Source of the DNA: an uncultured Poribacteria bacterium
GTDB taxonomy: Bacteria; Poribacteria; WGA-4E; WGA-3G
Length of the DNA: 64,000 nt
Assembly: GCA_951813565.1 (NCBI GenBank)
Contig: OX638351.1
Span: 4,544,001-4,608,000, forward strand
Direction of reading: 5' to 3'
Both the position numbers and the translations under genes were made by a program. Each line of letters starts with the position of its first letter. Within the stretch, counting starts at the first letter, position 1. The notes below the pieces were generated by a model. The model was not told where the DNA came from and did no database searches. It saw only the letters and a program-made list of their open reading frames with translations. This document shows positions 31,001-40,247 of this stretch, in pieces.

Positions 31001-32014
31001 ACGTGAGTTTGATAAATAGTTTTAGTTGTTACATGTCATTGGAAACGGATAATTAATATCCTTGAGTTCTTTGCGTTTGAGTGAGGGTTTTTTCTTCAAA
31101 TAGGTATAAGCGATCAAGGCAGCAACTGTATTGACTTGGAAGTTAGCATAACTTCTATGCCGTGTGTGTTGGATCTCTGTCTGAGTTTTGAGTTCTTTAT
31201 TCACCGGCTCAATGAGCATCCGTTTTTTCAGGAGTTCTGCGTCAGCATCAGATAAGGGTTCGGGTTTCATGTTCTTGCGCACTTTGTAAACAAGTGACAC
31301 ACCCCCTTCCCGCAGTTTATCCCGCAGCTTTTTGTTGATATACCCTTTATCGGCATAAAGTTTGCCAAATAGCCCTTTGGTCAACTGTGGCACAGGTTTC
31401 CGGTCATCTGTGTTTCCGGGTGTCACCATAGCAGACAACAACTCACCTTGATCGTTGATGACGAGATGCAGTTTGAACCCGTAGAACCATCCCATAGAGG
31501 TTTTGGATCGTTCTGCCCCATCAGCGAAGACACGATGCGCTGAAATCCGACGATTATGGCAAACTGGAAGTGGCGTTGAGTCAATGAAGGAAGTCCCATT
31601 ACATTCACCGAAACGGGTGTTTAGAAGAATAGACAACGGCATCAAAACCTCTTGGGCAAGCTGCACAAACCGACTATAGCTGACAAGGTTTGGAAACGCC
31701 CAACGGAGGTTGCCACAGACATGCTCTTGATAATAGCTTTTGAAGTTTTTACACTTATGTTGATGAAAATAAATAAGTATTGTCATAACTTCGCTCGGAT
31801 GAAGACACCTAAGTCTGCCACGGGTATTGCTTGTTCCGGATATTTCTGGCAACTGGTGTTGTGCTTGATATTGTTCATACAAAAGAAAAAAGTCGTCAAT
31901 TTTACAGAAAAGTGTTACGATATCCATCAGAGAACTCCTTATGTAAGTATTTGGTATACTTCATAATAACAAAGGGGTTCTCTATTTACCAGTTTTTAAT
32001 TATCAAACTCACGT
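31001..32014 (-). mobile_element. IS982-family insertion sequence
   Basis: Ends acgtgagtttgataa / ttatcaaactcacgt; the inverted repeat extends to 21 bp (30995-31015, 32000-32020). Confidence 0.92.
31022..31927 (-). CDS. IS982-family transposase (intact frame)
   Basis: LFCKIDDF, SEVMTI, FPNLVSYSRF, IDST, GWFYGFKLHL, ADKGYI, KRMLIE, HTRHRS. Confidence 0.93.
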   Translation of the reverse strand: MDIVTLFCKIDDFFLLYEQYQAQHQLPEISGTSNTRGRLRCLHPSEVMTILIYFHQHKCKNFKSYYQEHVCGNLRWAFPNLVSYSRFVQLAQEVLMPLSILLNTRFGECNGTSFIDSTPLPVCHNRRISAHRVFADGAERSKTSMGWFYGFKLHLVINDQGELLSAMVTPGNTDDRKPVPQLTKGLFGKLYADKGYINKKLRDKLREGGVSLVYKVRKNMKPEPLSDADAELLKKRMLIEPVNKELKTQTEIQHTRHRSYANFQVNTVAALIAYTYLKKKPSLKRKELKDINYPFPMTCNN

Positions 32015-32037
32015 TAAATTTATCAATAGGAGAATTA

Positions 32038-32904
32038 GTGGACACGAATACAACATTCGAGGAACAGAAGTTTAGATTGACGCCTGAAGAACGATCATCT
32101 TGGGAAGAAAACGGATACTTTATCCGTTACGACGTTTTTACAAAAGAAGAAAACGACTCATTAGCACAAGTCGCCGATGACATTGCCACAGGAAAACGTC
32201 CGTTCCCCGCCAAGCAAATCCACCAAAACGCGTTGGTCAGAGATGGAAAGGTAAAAGCAGCTGGTTCCAATGCGATGCACTGTATACATCATATTAATAA
32301 ACATTCACCTGAATTCCTTGCACGAACACGCGACATTCGTTTAACTGATCCAATCGTTGACTTAATCGGTCCAGATATCCTCGGTCTCAACAATCTGTAT
32401 ATCTGGAAACCGCCAAGAATCGGTTTAGGTTTCCCATGGCATCAGGATAAATGGTACTTTAACCATCAATACATAACTACAAAAACCGTTGGAACATGGA
32501 CTGCCATTGATGATGCAGATTTAGACAATGGATGTCTTTACGTTATACCCGGCAGCCATAAGAACGAGGTTCATGAACATGTTCAACTTGAAGGTTCGCA
32601 ACAAAACGAGTTTAAACAAGCACTCGGTGCAAGAGATGAGGATGAGGTTGCCGTTGAGGTGCCATCTGGTAGCGTTATTTTCTTTAACAACCAACTACTA
32701 CATAAAAGCACAGATAACCACAGTGATCGTTTTCGCAGATGTAATGTTGCACATTATATCTGTGCACATTCAGAACGGGTTCAAGGTCAGAACAGAAACT
32801 ATATTCGTCCAGTCTCATGGATAAGAGGTGATTCCTACTCAAAAAAGATGGAACCTGTTTATCACGATGCTTTACCAATCCCCGAAGAACAGGAGAATAA
32901 ATGA
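32038..32904 (+). CDS. PhyH-family dioxygenase (tandem paralog 1)
   Basis: AGGAG RBS with GTG at 32038; WHQD, IPGSH, LLHKS. Confidence 0.9.
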   Translation: MDTNTTFEEQKFRLTPEERSSWEENGYFIRYDVFTKEENDSLAQVADDIATGKRPFPAKQIHQNALVRDGKVKAAGSNAMHCIHHINKHSPEFLARTRDIRLTDPIVDLIGPDILGLNNLYIWKPPRIGLGFPWHQDKWYFNHQYITTKTVGTWTAIDDADLDNGCLYVIPGSHKNEVHEHVQLEGSQQNEFKQALGARDEDEVAVEVPSGSVIFFNNQLLHKSTDNHSDRFRRCNVAHYICAHSERVQGQNRNYIRPVSWIRGDSYSKKMEPVYHDALPIPEEQENK

Positions 32905-33758
32905 GTACAAACACATCACCACCGGAACGCCAATTTGCCCTAACTTCTGATGAACTATCATTTTGGAATGATAACGGTTACTTTGTCCGTTATGACGTCT
33001 TCACAGAAAAAGATAACAACGTCTTACGGCAAATCGCTGATGACATTATTGATGGAAAACGACCTTTTCCGACAGAGAATATCGATCAAAACGCATTAGT
33101 CAGAGACGGAAAAGTTGAAGCATCTGGAATCCATGCAATCCATAAAATCCATCATGTGAGTTGTTATTGCCCTGAATTCCTCGCGCGTGTGCGTGACCAG
33201 CGCCTAACAGATCCAATTGTTGACCTACTCGGTCCAAATCTGCTGAGTCAAGGCAATCTGTATATCTGGAAAGCGCCAAAGATCGGTTTAGGTTTCCCCT
33301 GGCATCAAGATAAATGGTATTTTAACTGGCAGTATAAAACTGATATGACTGTCGGAACTTGGACTGCTATTGATGCTGCAGACCGAGACAACGGATGTTT
33401 ATACGTTATACCCGGTAGCCACAAATACGGGATTCTTGCGCATGAGGACCTGGAAGGTTCACAACAGAATGAGTTTAAGATAGCACGCGATGCCCGTGAC
33501 GAAGATGGTGTGGCTGTTGAAGTGCCGCCTGGAGCAGTAGTCTGGTTTAACAACCAACTTCTCCATAAAAGTACTGATAACCACAGTCTGCGCTTTCGGC
33601 GTTGTAATGTTGCACATTATATCAGTGGAAATGCAGAACGTGTCCCTAAAAAGGATGGCAAAAATGTCCGTCCCGTCATGTGGGTTCGCGGAGATATATA
33701 CTCAGAAAAGATGGAACCCGTCTATCGTGACGTTTTACCGATCCCGGAATCCGATTGA
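32901..33758 (+). CDS. PhyH-family dioxygenase (tandem paralog 2)
   Basis: ATGA overlap; same motifs and extensive identity to the upstream gene. Confidence 0.92.
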   Translation: MSTNTSPPERQFALTSDELSFWNDNGYFVRYDVFTEKDNNVLRQIADDIIDGKRPFPTENIDQNALVRDGKVEASGIHAIHKIHHVSCYCPEFLARVRDQRLTDPIVDLLGPNLLSQGNLYIWKAPKIGLGFPWHQDKWYFNWQYKTDMTVGTWTAIDAADRDNGCLYVIPGSHKYGILAHEDLEGSQQNEFKIARDARDEDGVAVEVPPGAVVWFNNQLLHKSTDNHSLRFRRCNVAHYISGNAERVPKKDGKNVRPVMWVRGDIYSEKMEPVYRDVLPIPESD

Positions 33759-33776
33759 AAAGCGAAGAAGAAAGAT

Positions 33777-33965
33777 TCAAGCACTCCTACCAGAAAACAG
33801 GGTCTTCTTCAACAAATCACCGGTGTAAATAGCACTCGGCAGCACTTCGCACTCCGCCCAACACCCCGGACATTTATATATCCAGTCTCGTTGCTTCTCA
33901 ATGTCAGCGTTCACCCGGAGGTCTTTGAATTTCTGATCGCGAAAATTTCCGACACTTGCCGTTAT
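33777..33965 (-). pseudogene. 3' remnant of a radical-SAM SPASM/twitch-domain gene
   Basis: Manual translation: ASVGNFRDQKFKDLRVNADIEKQRDWIYKCPGCWAECEVLPSAIYTGDLLKK...; 5' side replaced by repeats. Confidence 0.55.
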
Positions 33966-34224
33966 GAATGCCTAAATGGCATTCCCCGTATGGTATTTGT
34001 CGGGTCGCGACCAGGAGGTCGCTCCTACAGAATGTCCGAGGCGACAAGTCATGGCGAATACCACACGGGGAGTGCCTACTACTTTGCATCGCACATCTTT
34101 TTTGTAAGTTGAGGCTATGGATAGAGTGATAGCGAAACCCGACCACAATGCTGCTATAAAACATTAACGTTTGTGATGAAATACGCCAGAAAAACCGAAA
34201 ACTAAATAACCCTGTGAATGCGTT

Positions 34225-34253
34225 TTGACAAAAGATTTTTTATGCGTTATACT
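34225..34253 (+). promoter_or_regulatory. Sigma70-type promoter
   Basis: TTGACA-17 bp-TATACT. Confidence 0.65.
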
Positions 34254-34290
34254 AACATTTGAAAGAAATATCCTCATGGAATATCTCTTA

Positions 34291-34534
34291 TAGTGAAACC
34301 ATAATTATTTGGACATTTTGTTCTTATGTGGATTTTAAACACGCGATAAATGTCCGAGGCGCAGCATGCCACACGGGGAATGCCATAAGGCATTCGGACC
34401 CGGTGAATGACTAAATGTCGTTCATACCTTTGATTTCTTGATTTGGCGCATGCTGCGTTGATTTGGCAATGAATTGCGCGACTACAAACACCGCTAACCT
34501 TAAGAAAATGTCCAGGTATTTTTAGATTTTACTA
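34291..34534. mobile_element. MITE family B relative in the 5' leader of the phosphoesterase gene
   Basis: TA|tagtgaaacc...ggacattt ... aaatgtcc...ttttacta|TA; shares the ggggaatgcc..ggcattcggacccggtgaatgactaa block with 3075-3599. Confidence 0.75.
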
Positions 34535-34562
34535 TAAAACCCACACGCATCAGGAGAATTAT

Positions 34563-36317
34563 ATGCTTAAGTGCGCTCAAATATTAAAAATCGTAGTGGT
34601 GTCTGTCCTATGTCTTGCAATGATTGCTACGACTACTGCCCAAAAACCCGACTTTCCGGAACGCATACCTATTGTTGAACGTCCCTTTTCTGACGACCCA
34701 GATAAGTTCACTTTCGCTATCATTGGAGACAAAACTGGTGGTGGATTAGATAAGTGGCCAGTATTTGACCGCGCAATAGATGAAATCAACACCTTAAAAC
34801 CTGACTTTGCTATCATGGTAGGCGACTTAATACAGGGAGATACAACAGACCTTAAACAACTTACTGCAGAATGGAAAGAATTTTGGGATCATCAATCCGA
34901 TTTAATCGTCCCGTTTCTGCCATTGCCCGGTAACCACGATATTACTAACCGCGTGATGTATGACTACTGGGAGAAGCACATCGGACGCACCTATTCGGCG
35001 TTTACTTACAAAAATTGTCTATTCCTATTGCTCAATACAGAGGAGTGGCATACAAACAGTGGTGAATGGACAAACTGGTTTGGGGAAGAACAGATTGAAT
35101 ATGTGAAATCTCAATTGACACAACACACGGATGTGCGGCATACGTTTGTAATGTTGCACAGACCTCTTTGGCTTCAGAAACATTCCGGTTGGGAAGAAAT
35201 TGAAGCGGCACTCGGTGAACGGGCATACACTGTTTTCGCAGGACACTACCATAGGTTGACACTTCATACTCGCAATGACCGCCGATACTTTGTGCTCGGT
35301 GCTACCGGTGGCGGATTCACACCACAGGCAGTGCGAGAATACGGTGCATTCGATCATTATAGCCTTGTAACTGTTGATAACGAAGATGTCAATATCGCAA
35401 TCATTGAACCGGGTAGCATCCACTCTGCAGACCTCTCAACCGCAACGTTTAAAGACAAGGTTTCCAGCCTACTCAAATTTAAACCCGATTTTAACCTCAA
35501 CAAAGATGAATCTTTTTCTTATGGAAGTCTTGAAGTCGCACTTGAAAACACACTTGAAAAACTAATTCAAGTTGAATTAGTTTTTCAACCAAATCAGAAT
35601 TGGCAGATTTCCCCAAACCAATTATCTTTTGAAGCTAAACCGGGACAAACTACAAAAACAATTGTAACCTTTTCTGTTCCAACGGATAACTTCCTCCCGT
35701 TTCCTATTTACAAATATTCCGGGTTATATGGTGGCGAACAATTGTTAAGCGGCAGGCAGTTGTTTCACCCTATTGCCAGAGAACATATGCGCGTCCTGAA
35801 AAATTGGATGCTTCTCGGTCCCTTTGATCTCGGTATAGAAAAGATACCCGCAAACACAAACGAAATTCCGCAAAGTTTTCTTGAAATACCTGTCCCCGAA
35901 CTTAATCTTGAAAAAACCTATCAAGGAAAAGAAGGCGAAATCTCTTGGCAAGAACACAATGCTGAATCGGATAATGTCAAATTAAGGGATATATTTGGAA
36001 ATGCAGAATTGACATACAGTTATGCCATGTCCTATATCAAAAGTCCAGATGCGCGGCATGTTTTTGCCCAGATCAGATGGGGAGGCAACCTCGGCAGACT
36101 CTATCTCAATGGAGTTGAGATTCCTAATGCCGCTATCCCTGGAAAAGACCTATATTCTTGGTGGGCACACTTTGAATTACCTTTGAAAAAAGGTTGGAAT
36201 ACTTTGGCGATTTTGTCGGGTGATTATAATGGGTATTGGGATTTTCGGATGGAAATCGCAGACCCGACGAAGGTACTTGAGTTTGGAGTGGCGCCGACTG
36301 CTGAATATAATAAGTAA
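34563..36317 (+). CDS. Secreted calcineurin-like metallophosphoesterase with C-terminal beta-sandwich domains
   Basis: IGD, GDLI, PGNHD, HRP and AGHYH motifs; signal peptide. Confidence 0.88.
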   Translation: MLKCAQILKIVVVSVLCLAMIATTTAQKPDFPERIPIVERPFSDDPDKFTFAIIGDKTGGGLDKWPVFDRAIDEINTLKPDFAIMVGDLIQGDTTDLKQLTAEWKEFWDHQSDLIVPFLPLPGNHDITNRVMYDYWEKHIGRTYSAFTYKNCLFLLLNTEEWHTNSGEWTNWFGEEQIEYVKSQLTQHTDVRHTFVMLHRPLWLQKHSGWEEIEAALGERAYTVFAGHYHRLTLHTRNDRRYFVLGATGGGFTPQAVREYGAFDHYSLVTVDNEDVNIAIIEPGSIHSADLSTATFKDKVSSLLKFKPDFNLNKDESFSYGSLEVALENTLEKLIQVELVFQPNQNWQISPNQLSFEAKPGQTTKTIVTFSVPTDNFLPFPIYKYSGLYGGEQLLSGRQLFHPIAREHMRVLKNWMLLGPFDLGIEKIPANTNEIPQSFLEIPVPELNLEKTYQGKEGEISWQEHNAESDNVKLRDIFGNAELTYSYAMSYIKSPDARHVFAQIRWGGNLGRLYLNGVEIPNAAIPGKDLYSWWAHFELPLKKGWNTLAILSGDYNGYWDFRMEIADPTKVLEFGVAPTAEYNK

Positions 36318-36503
36318 ATCTGGTTTTTGTAGAATTTTGGCGGTTTGTGTGTTGTCTGAACCGAGATTTGCAGGATTACCTGATTTTCAGGCAAACGGTA
36401 GGCGCGTTTGTAACGCGCCTACCAGGAGTGGTGGAGGGCTTATAAAGCCCTCCCACAAGAGTGCTGCGCGCCACTTGAATGGCTCTACTAAAACATCTGA
36501 AAT

Positions 36504-36532
36504 TTGACAAAAATCCCTACACACGCTATATT
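36504..36532 (+). promoter_or_regulatory. Sigma70-type promoter for phnY*-phnZ
   Basis: TTGACA-17 bp-TATATT about 30 bp upstream of the ATG. Confidence 0.6.
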
Positions 36533-36564
36533 AAACATAAGAGCGTTATCTTCAAGGATGGATT

Positions 36565-37347
36565 ATGACTCACCTCAATTCGGCACTCCACCGAGACTGG
36601 CAAAACAACGGCTACTTGAAAATTCCTACCTTCTTCTCTACTGAAGAAGTGAAAGACCTAAAAACATGGGTATCTGAAATCTCATCTTGGGAACCGACTG
36701 AAGATAAATGGATGCATCACTACGAATCAACACCAGAAGGTGCAAGACTTTCTCGTTCAGAAAATTTTGTGCCATACCATACCGATATGAAAAACACCGT
36801 GACAAGCGGTAAAGTTTTGGGTGTTGTTTCTGAGTTGATGGCAGAATCGGCAGTTCTTTACAAAGAGAAAATCAACTACAAGTATCCCGGTGGCGGCGGT
36901 TACGTTGCTCATCAGGATGCTCCTGCCTACGAGTTTGTTGACTATCACATCACCTGTCTAATCTCAGTAGATTCAGCAACTCCAGAAAGCGGATGTCTCT
37001 ATTTCTCACCAGGCAGGCATAAAGAAGGGTTCATCGCACTTGACGAGAAAGGTTGTGTCGCGCCCGAAACTGCCTTGAAGATGGAGTGGATCGCAGTGCC
37101 AACCGCACCCGGTGACATTCTCCTTTTCGGTTCTTACATTCCGCACAAGAGTCCTCCTAATCGTTCAAATGAATCGAGACGGATTATCTATCTCACCTAT
37201 AACGCTAAGTCTCAAGGTGATTGGCGTGAGCGGTATTATGCCGACAAGCGGCAAGCCTTTTCCCAATATGCAAATGACGGTTCAAAACGAAACAAACAAA
37301 TTAGCAAAATCGCACATTTTCAAGGAAAAGTTATAAGTCATGAATAA
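36565..37347 (+). CDS. phnY: PhnY*-like phosphonate hydroxylase (PhyH-type Fe/2OG dioxygenase)
   Basis: RSENF, LYKEKINYKYPGGGG..AHQDAP, YYADKR; overlaps the HD-domain gene. Confidence 0.75.
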   Translation: MTHLNSALHRDWQNNGYLKIPTFFSTEEVKDLKTWVSEISSWEPTEDKWMHHYESTPEGARLSRSENFVPYHTDMKNTVTSGKVLGVVSELMAESAVLYKEKINYKYPGGGGYVAHQDAPAYEFVDYHITCLISVDSATPESGCLYFSPGRHKEGFIALDEKGCVAPETALKMEWIAVPTAPGDILLFGSYIPHKSPPNRSNESRRIIYLTYNAKSQGDWRERYYADKRQAFSQYANDGSKRNKQISKIAHFQGKVISHE

Positions 37348-37936
37348 TTACATTGATCCAAGCCTTGCACGGAAAATGAGCGCCGCAACACTACAACAAA
37401 AGGTTGACATACTATTTACCTACATGGAGAAACGTGGACAGTCATTTTACGATGAGGCCGTGACACAACTTGAACACGCGCTCCAATGTGCTGCACTCGC
37501 AAAGCAGAACGATGCAAGCCCCACACTAATTACAAGCGCATTGCTCCATGACATCGGACATATTATCTTAGATGAGCACAATGCAGATGTCGCTTTTCTG
37601 GACACGGACCTGAATCATGAGGAGATTGGCGCGCAGTATCTGGAACCGTTTTTCCCGGAATCCATCACAACACCGATCCGACTGCATGTCCCTGCAAAAA
37701 GGTATCTGTGTACAACCGATTCCTCTTACTATGACGGGCTATCCGAAGCATCAAAAAGAAGTCTTAAACTTCAGGGCGGTGTAATGTCAGACAAGGAGCG
37801 AGAAGCGTTTGAACAGATTTCGCATTATTTGGACGCGCTCACCTTACGGCGATGGGACGATATGGCTAAGGTGAAAGGGTTAGAGACTGTGGGTTTAGAA
37901 ACCTACCGAGATGTCGTACAACAATGTATAAAGTAG
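37340..37936 (+). CDS. phnZ: PhnZ-like HD-domain di-iron C-P cleaving oxygenase
   Basis: YDEAVTQLEHALQCA, LLHDIGH, HE.IGA, LHVPAKRYL, SL.LQGG.M, LRRWDDMAK. Confidence 0.85.
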   Translation: MNNYIDPSLARKMSAATLQQKVDILFTYMEKRGQSFYDEAVTQLEHALQCAALAKQNDASPTLITSALLHDIGHIILDEHNADVAFLDTDLNHEEIGAQYLEPFFPESITTPIRLHVPAKRYLCTTDSSYYDGLSEASKRSLKLQGGVMSDKEREAFEQISHYLDALTLRRWDDMAKVKGLETVGLETYRDVVQQCIK

Positions 37937-37963
37937 AATCCAATTTTTAGATTTATAGCGTTT

Positions 37964-38290
37964 GTAGTCGCGCAATTCATTGCGCATCTTACATTACCCG
38001 GTCGGAGCGGTTTCCTAACCGCTCCGTATTGTAGTGATACTGTTCGTTCAGTACATCGTAGGTTAAGTAGAATTTGTGAAACCAACATGTAGCAGGCTCC
38101 GCGTGCCGTAGCAAGTTACGGCATACGGAGTATGCCTACTACTTTGCACCATTTATAGGTTGGATAGAGTTTGCGAAACCCAACAATGCCAAGAGAGGCA
38201 ACAAATGCTATACGCGTATTTGACGTTGATTTGGCAATGAATTACGCTACTACACGCGGTTCTTCTTTATGCGCTTTATAAGCGCGCTTT
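37964..38290. repeat. Cluster of at least five different REP-like hairpins
   Basis: gtagtcgcgcaattcattgcgc, ggagcggtttcctaaccgctcc, ggcatacggagtatgcctactac, ttggatagagtttgcgaaacccaa, gcgctttataagcgc. Confidence 0.7.
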
Positions 38291-38344
38291 TAATAGTTTT
38301 CAAGTAATTATAGGTTTTATCATAGAAACTGAAAGGAGAAAAAA

Positions 38345-39022
38345 ATGAGTTATGAAGCAATTGAATCAAAGTTTATCGCAACACCAGAAAAAGGCGAAGT
38401 GTCCTCACTTCTCATCCGTCCAGACAATGCAAAATGGATATTAGTGCTTGGACATGGCGCGAGCACAAATATGCACAGTTCAACACTCCAGACGATTTCC
38501 GAACGATTAGCCGATATAAACATCGCAACGTTCCGCTATCAGTTTCCTTACATGGAACGTGGCGGTGGCGGCAGAGAATCGGAGGCGGTTGCCTTACAGA
38601 CTGTCCGATCAGCGGCGGCTGCTGCACACGAGGCTGCAAGCGATCTGTCCATCCTCGTCGGCGGACACTCCTATAGCGGACGTATGTCCTCAATGTCCGC
38701 AGCGAAAGAACCGATTGAACATGTCAAAGGACTTGTATTTTTCGCATTTCCGTTGCATCCTTCTGGCAAGGAAGGTACGGAACGCGCGGTACATCTCGCT
38801 GACGTTACCATACCAATGTTATTCCTGTCTGGCACACGCGATAAGTTGGCAAAACTTGAGTTGTTGGAACCGGTCTGTGAAAAACTTGGCGACAAAGCCA
38901 CCTTACATCTGTTGGATACGGCTGACCACGGATTCAAAGTTCTCAAACGCCGTAATACGGAGGAAGACGTTTTTGTTGAGATGGCACGGGTGCTGAGTGA
39001 ATGGGCAGAAACCCTGGGTTGA
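38345..39022 (+). CDS. Alpha/beta hydrolase (KANL3/Tex30-like, dienelactone hydrolase-like)
   Basis: HGAS, RYQFPYM, GGHSYSG nucleophile elbow, FPLHP, GTRD, ADHGF. Confidence 0.88.
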   Translation: MSYEAIESKFIATPEKGEVSSLLIRPDNAKWILVLGHGASTNMHSSTLQTISERLADINIATFRYQFPYMERGGGGRESEAVALQTVRSAAAAAHEAASDLSILVGGHSYSGRMSSMSAAKEPIEHVKGLVFFAFPLHPSGKEGTERAVHLADVTIPMLFLSGTRDKLAKLELLEPVCEKLGDKATLHLLDTADHGFKVLKRRNTEEDVFVEMARVLSEWAETLG

Positions 39023-39077
39023 CCACCTATTTGGATTATTTATAATCCACTATAATCCTTTCTTGTCCTAAGGAGAC

Positions 39078-39881
39078 ATGATGAAATTTACTACTTTGAT
39101 TGTAGCATGTATCCTCTTTTTACTTACATTGTCTCTCAGGGCAGGAACTTATGTTGATACATTTGATGACCGTAAATTGACGGATTGGAAAGAAGTCAAC
39201 GTAAAGGATCCCCGACCTGGCAAATGGAGAGTCTTTAATGGGGAACTCCGTGCCGATAATAAGGATGACGATATCCGGCTACTCGTCCTCAAAGATGTTC
39301 AATGGACCAATTACGATGTTGAGTTAGAGGTGATGCCGCTTGAAAAACCTGGACGGGGGCATATTGTGGTTGCTGCTCGAGTCACTGAAACCAGAGCGAT
39401 TGTTTTTACAATAGGAGATGTCTTTTGGGATGCTCCCTTCCCAATCGTCAAAGGGACTATTCTTGACTTGGAAACTGGAAATTTAGATGGACTGCCGTTG
39501 TGGTTCCGCTTAAATGGCGGTCAAAAAAACATTGACAATATGTTGCGAGATGGGGTCAACTTACCTTGTAAAACTGTTTACGCACACCCATTTCTAAAGA
39601 CAGGTGAATGGAGCCACTTAAAACTGAAAGTAGGTGGTGACCTTTTTATGTTCTGGGTTAATGATGAGTTAGTTCTGACAACAATATGTGATATAGATCA
39701 TTTGGCATTTCTTGATGGGGACCTCGTTATTGGCAGCGTCGGTTTCGGTATTGCTGGTTATACTGCTCTATTTGACAATTTTGTCTTTACAGGCGAAGGA
39801 ATTCCAAACCGTGGTCGGTTGTCGGTTCAGCCACAAGACAAACTCGGAACAACATGGGGGAGATTGAAACAGATGCACTAA
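39078..39881 (+). CDS. Secreted DUF1080/ConA-like protein with C-terminal WGxLK tail
   Basis: Signal peptide; W..YDVE, W.HLKL, GSVGF, LFDNF; ends LSVQPQDKLGTTWGRLKQMH. Confidence 0.78.
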   Translation: MMKFTTLIVACILFLLTLSLRAGTYVDTFDDRKLTDWKEVNVKDPRPGKWRVFNGELRADNKDDDIRLLVLKDVQWTNYDVELEVMPLEKPGRGHIVVAARVTETRAIVFTIGDVFWDAPFPIVKGTILDLETGNLDGLPLWFRLNGGQKNIDNMLRDGVNLPCKTVYAHPFLKTGEWSHLKLKVGGDLFMFWVNDELVLTTICDIDHLAFLDGDLVIGSVGFGIAGYTALFDNFVFTGEGIPNRGRLSVQPQDKLGTTWGRLKQMH

Positions 39882-39907
39882 TTCTATTCTGTTTGAACAA
39901 TTTTTTC

Positions 39908-39936
39908 TTGACAAGCATGAATTTTTGTGTTAAAAT
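39908..39936 (+). promoter_or_regulatory. Sigma70-type promoter
   Basis: TTGACA-17 bp-TAAAAT with extended TG. Confidence 0.65.
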
Positions 39937-40247
39937 TATTATTACATAGAAACACATTCGCATATCACGTGACACCACAAGAGGAAAACAGCGAAAATAA
40001 AAAAACACGTCCCATTCCTTATGCTGCTTGACATGAACACGTCCATGGGACGTGCAAAACGTCCTACTAAATACAGAATATTAAGGGCAGTTAGGCGGCG
40101 ATGTTATTAACGTAAACCCTGAGACGGTGAAGATTGTTGACAGCTTACCAGAGAAGTATTGATGAGGCACCTGTAAGAAAACTTGACAACCCGCATGAGT
40201 AGTGCACAATTGGGTTCATAACTCACAGAAAAGAAGAAACGTAAACA

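Noticed and set aside
31831..32037. N-terminal extension of the first tandem PhyH in the ORF track
   Set aside because: It runs through IS982 sequence; the RBS and paralog alignment support GTG at 32038.
39990..40240. Riboswitch or ncRNA after the 39908 promoter
   Set aside because: Only one 10-bp stem (cacgtcccat/atgggacgtg) is evident and no known aptamer consensus was recognised; too weak to call.
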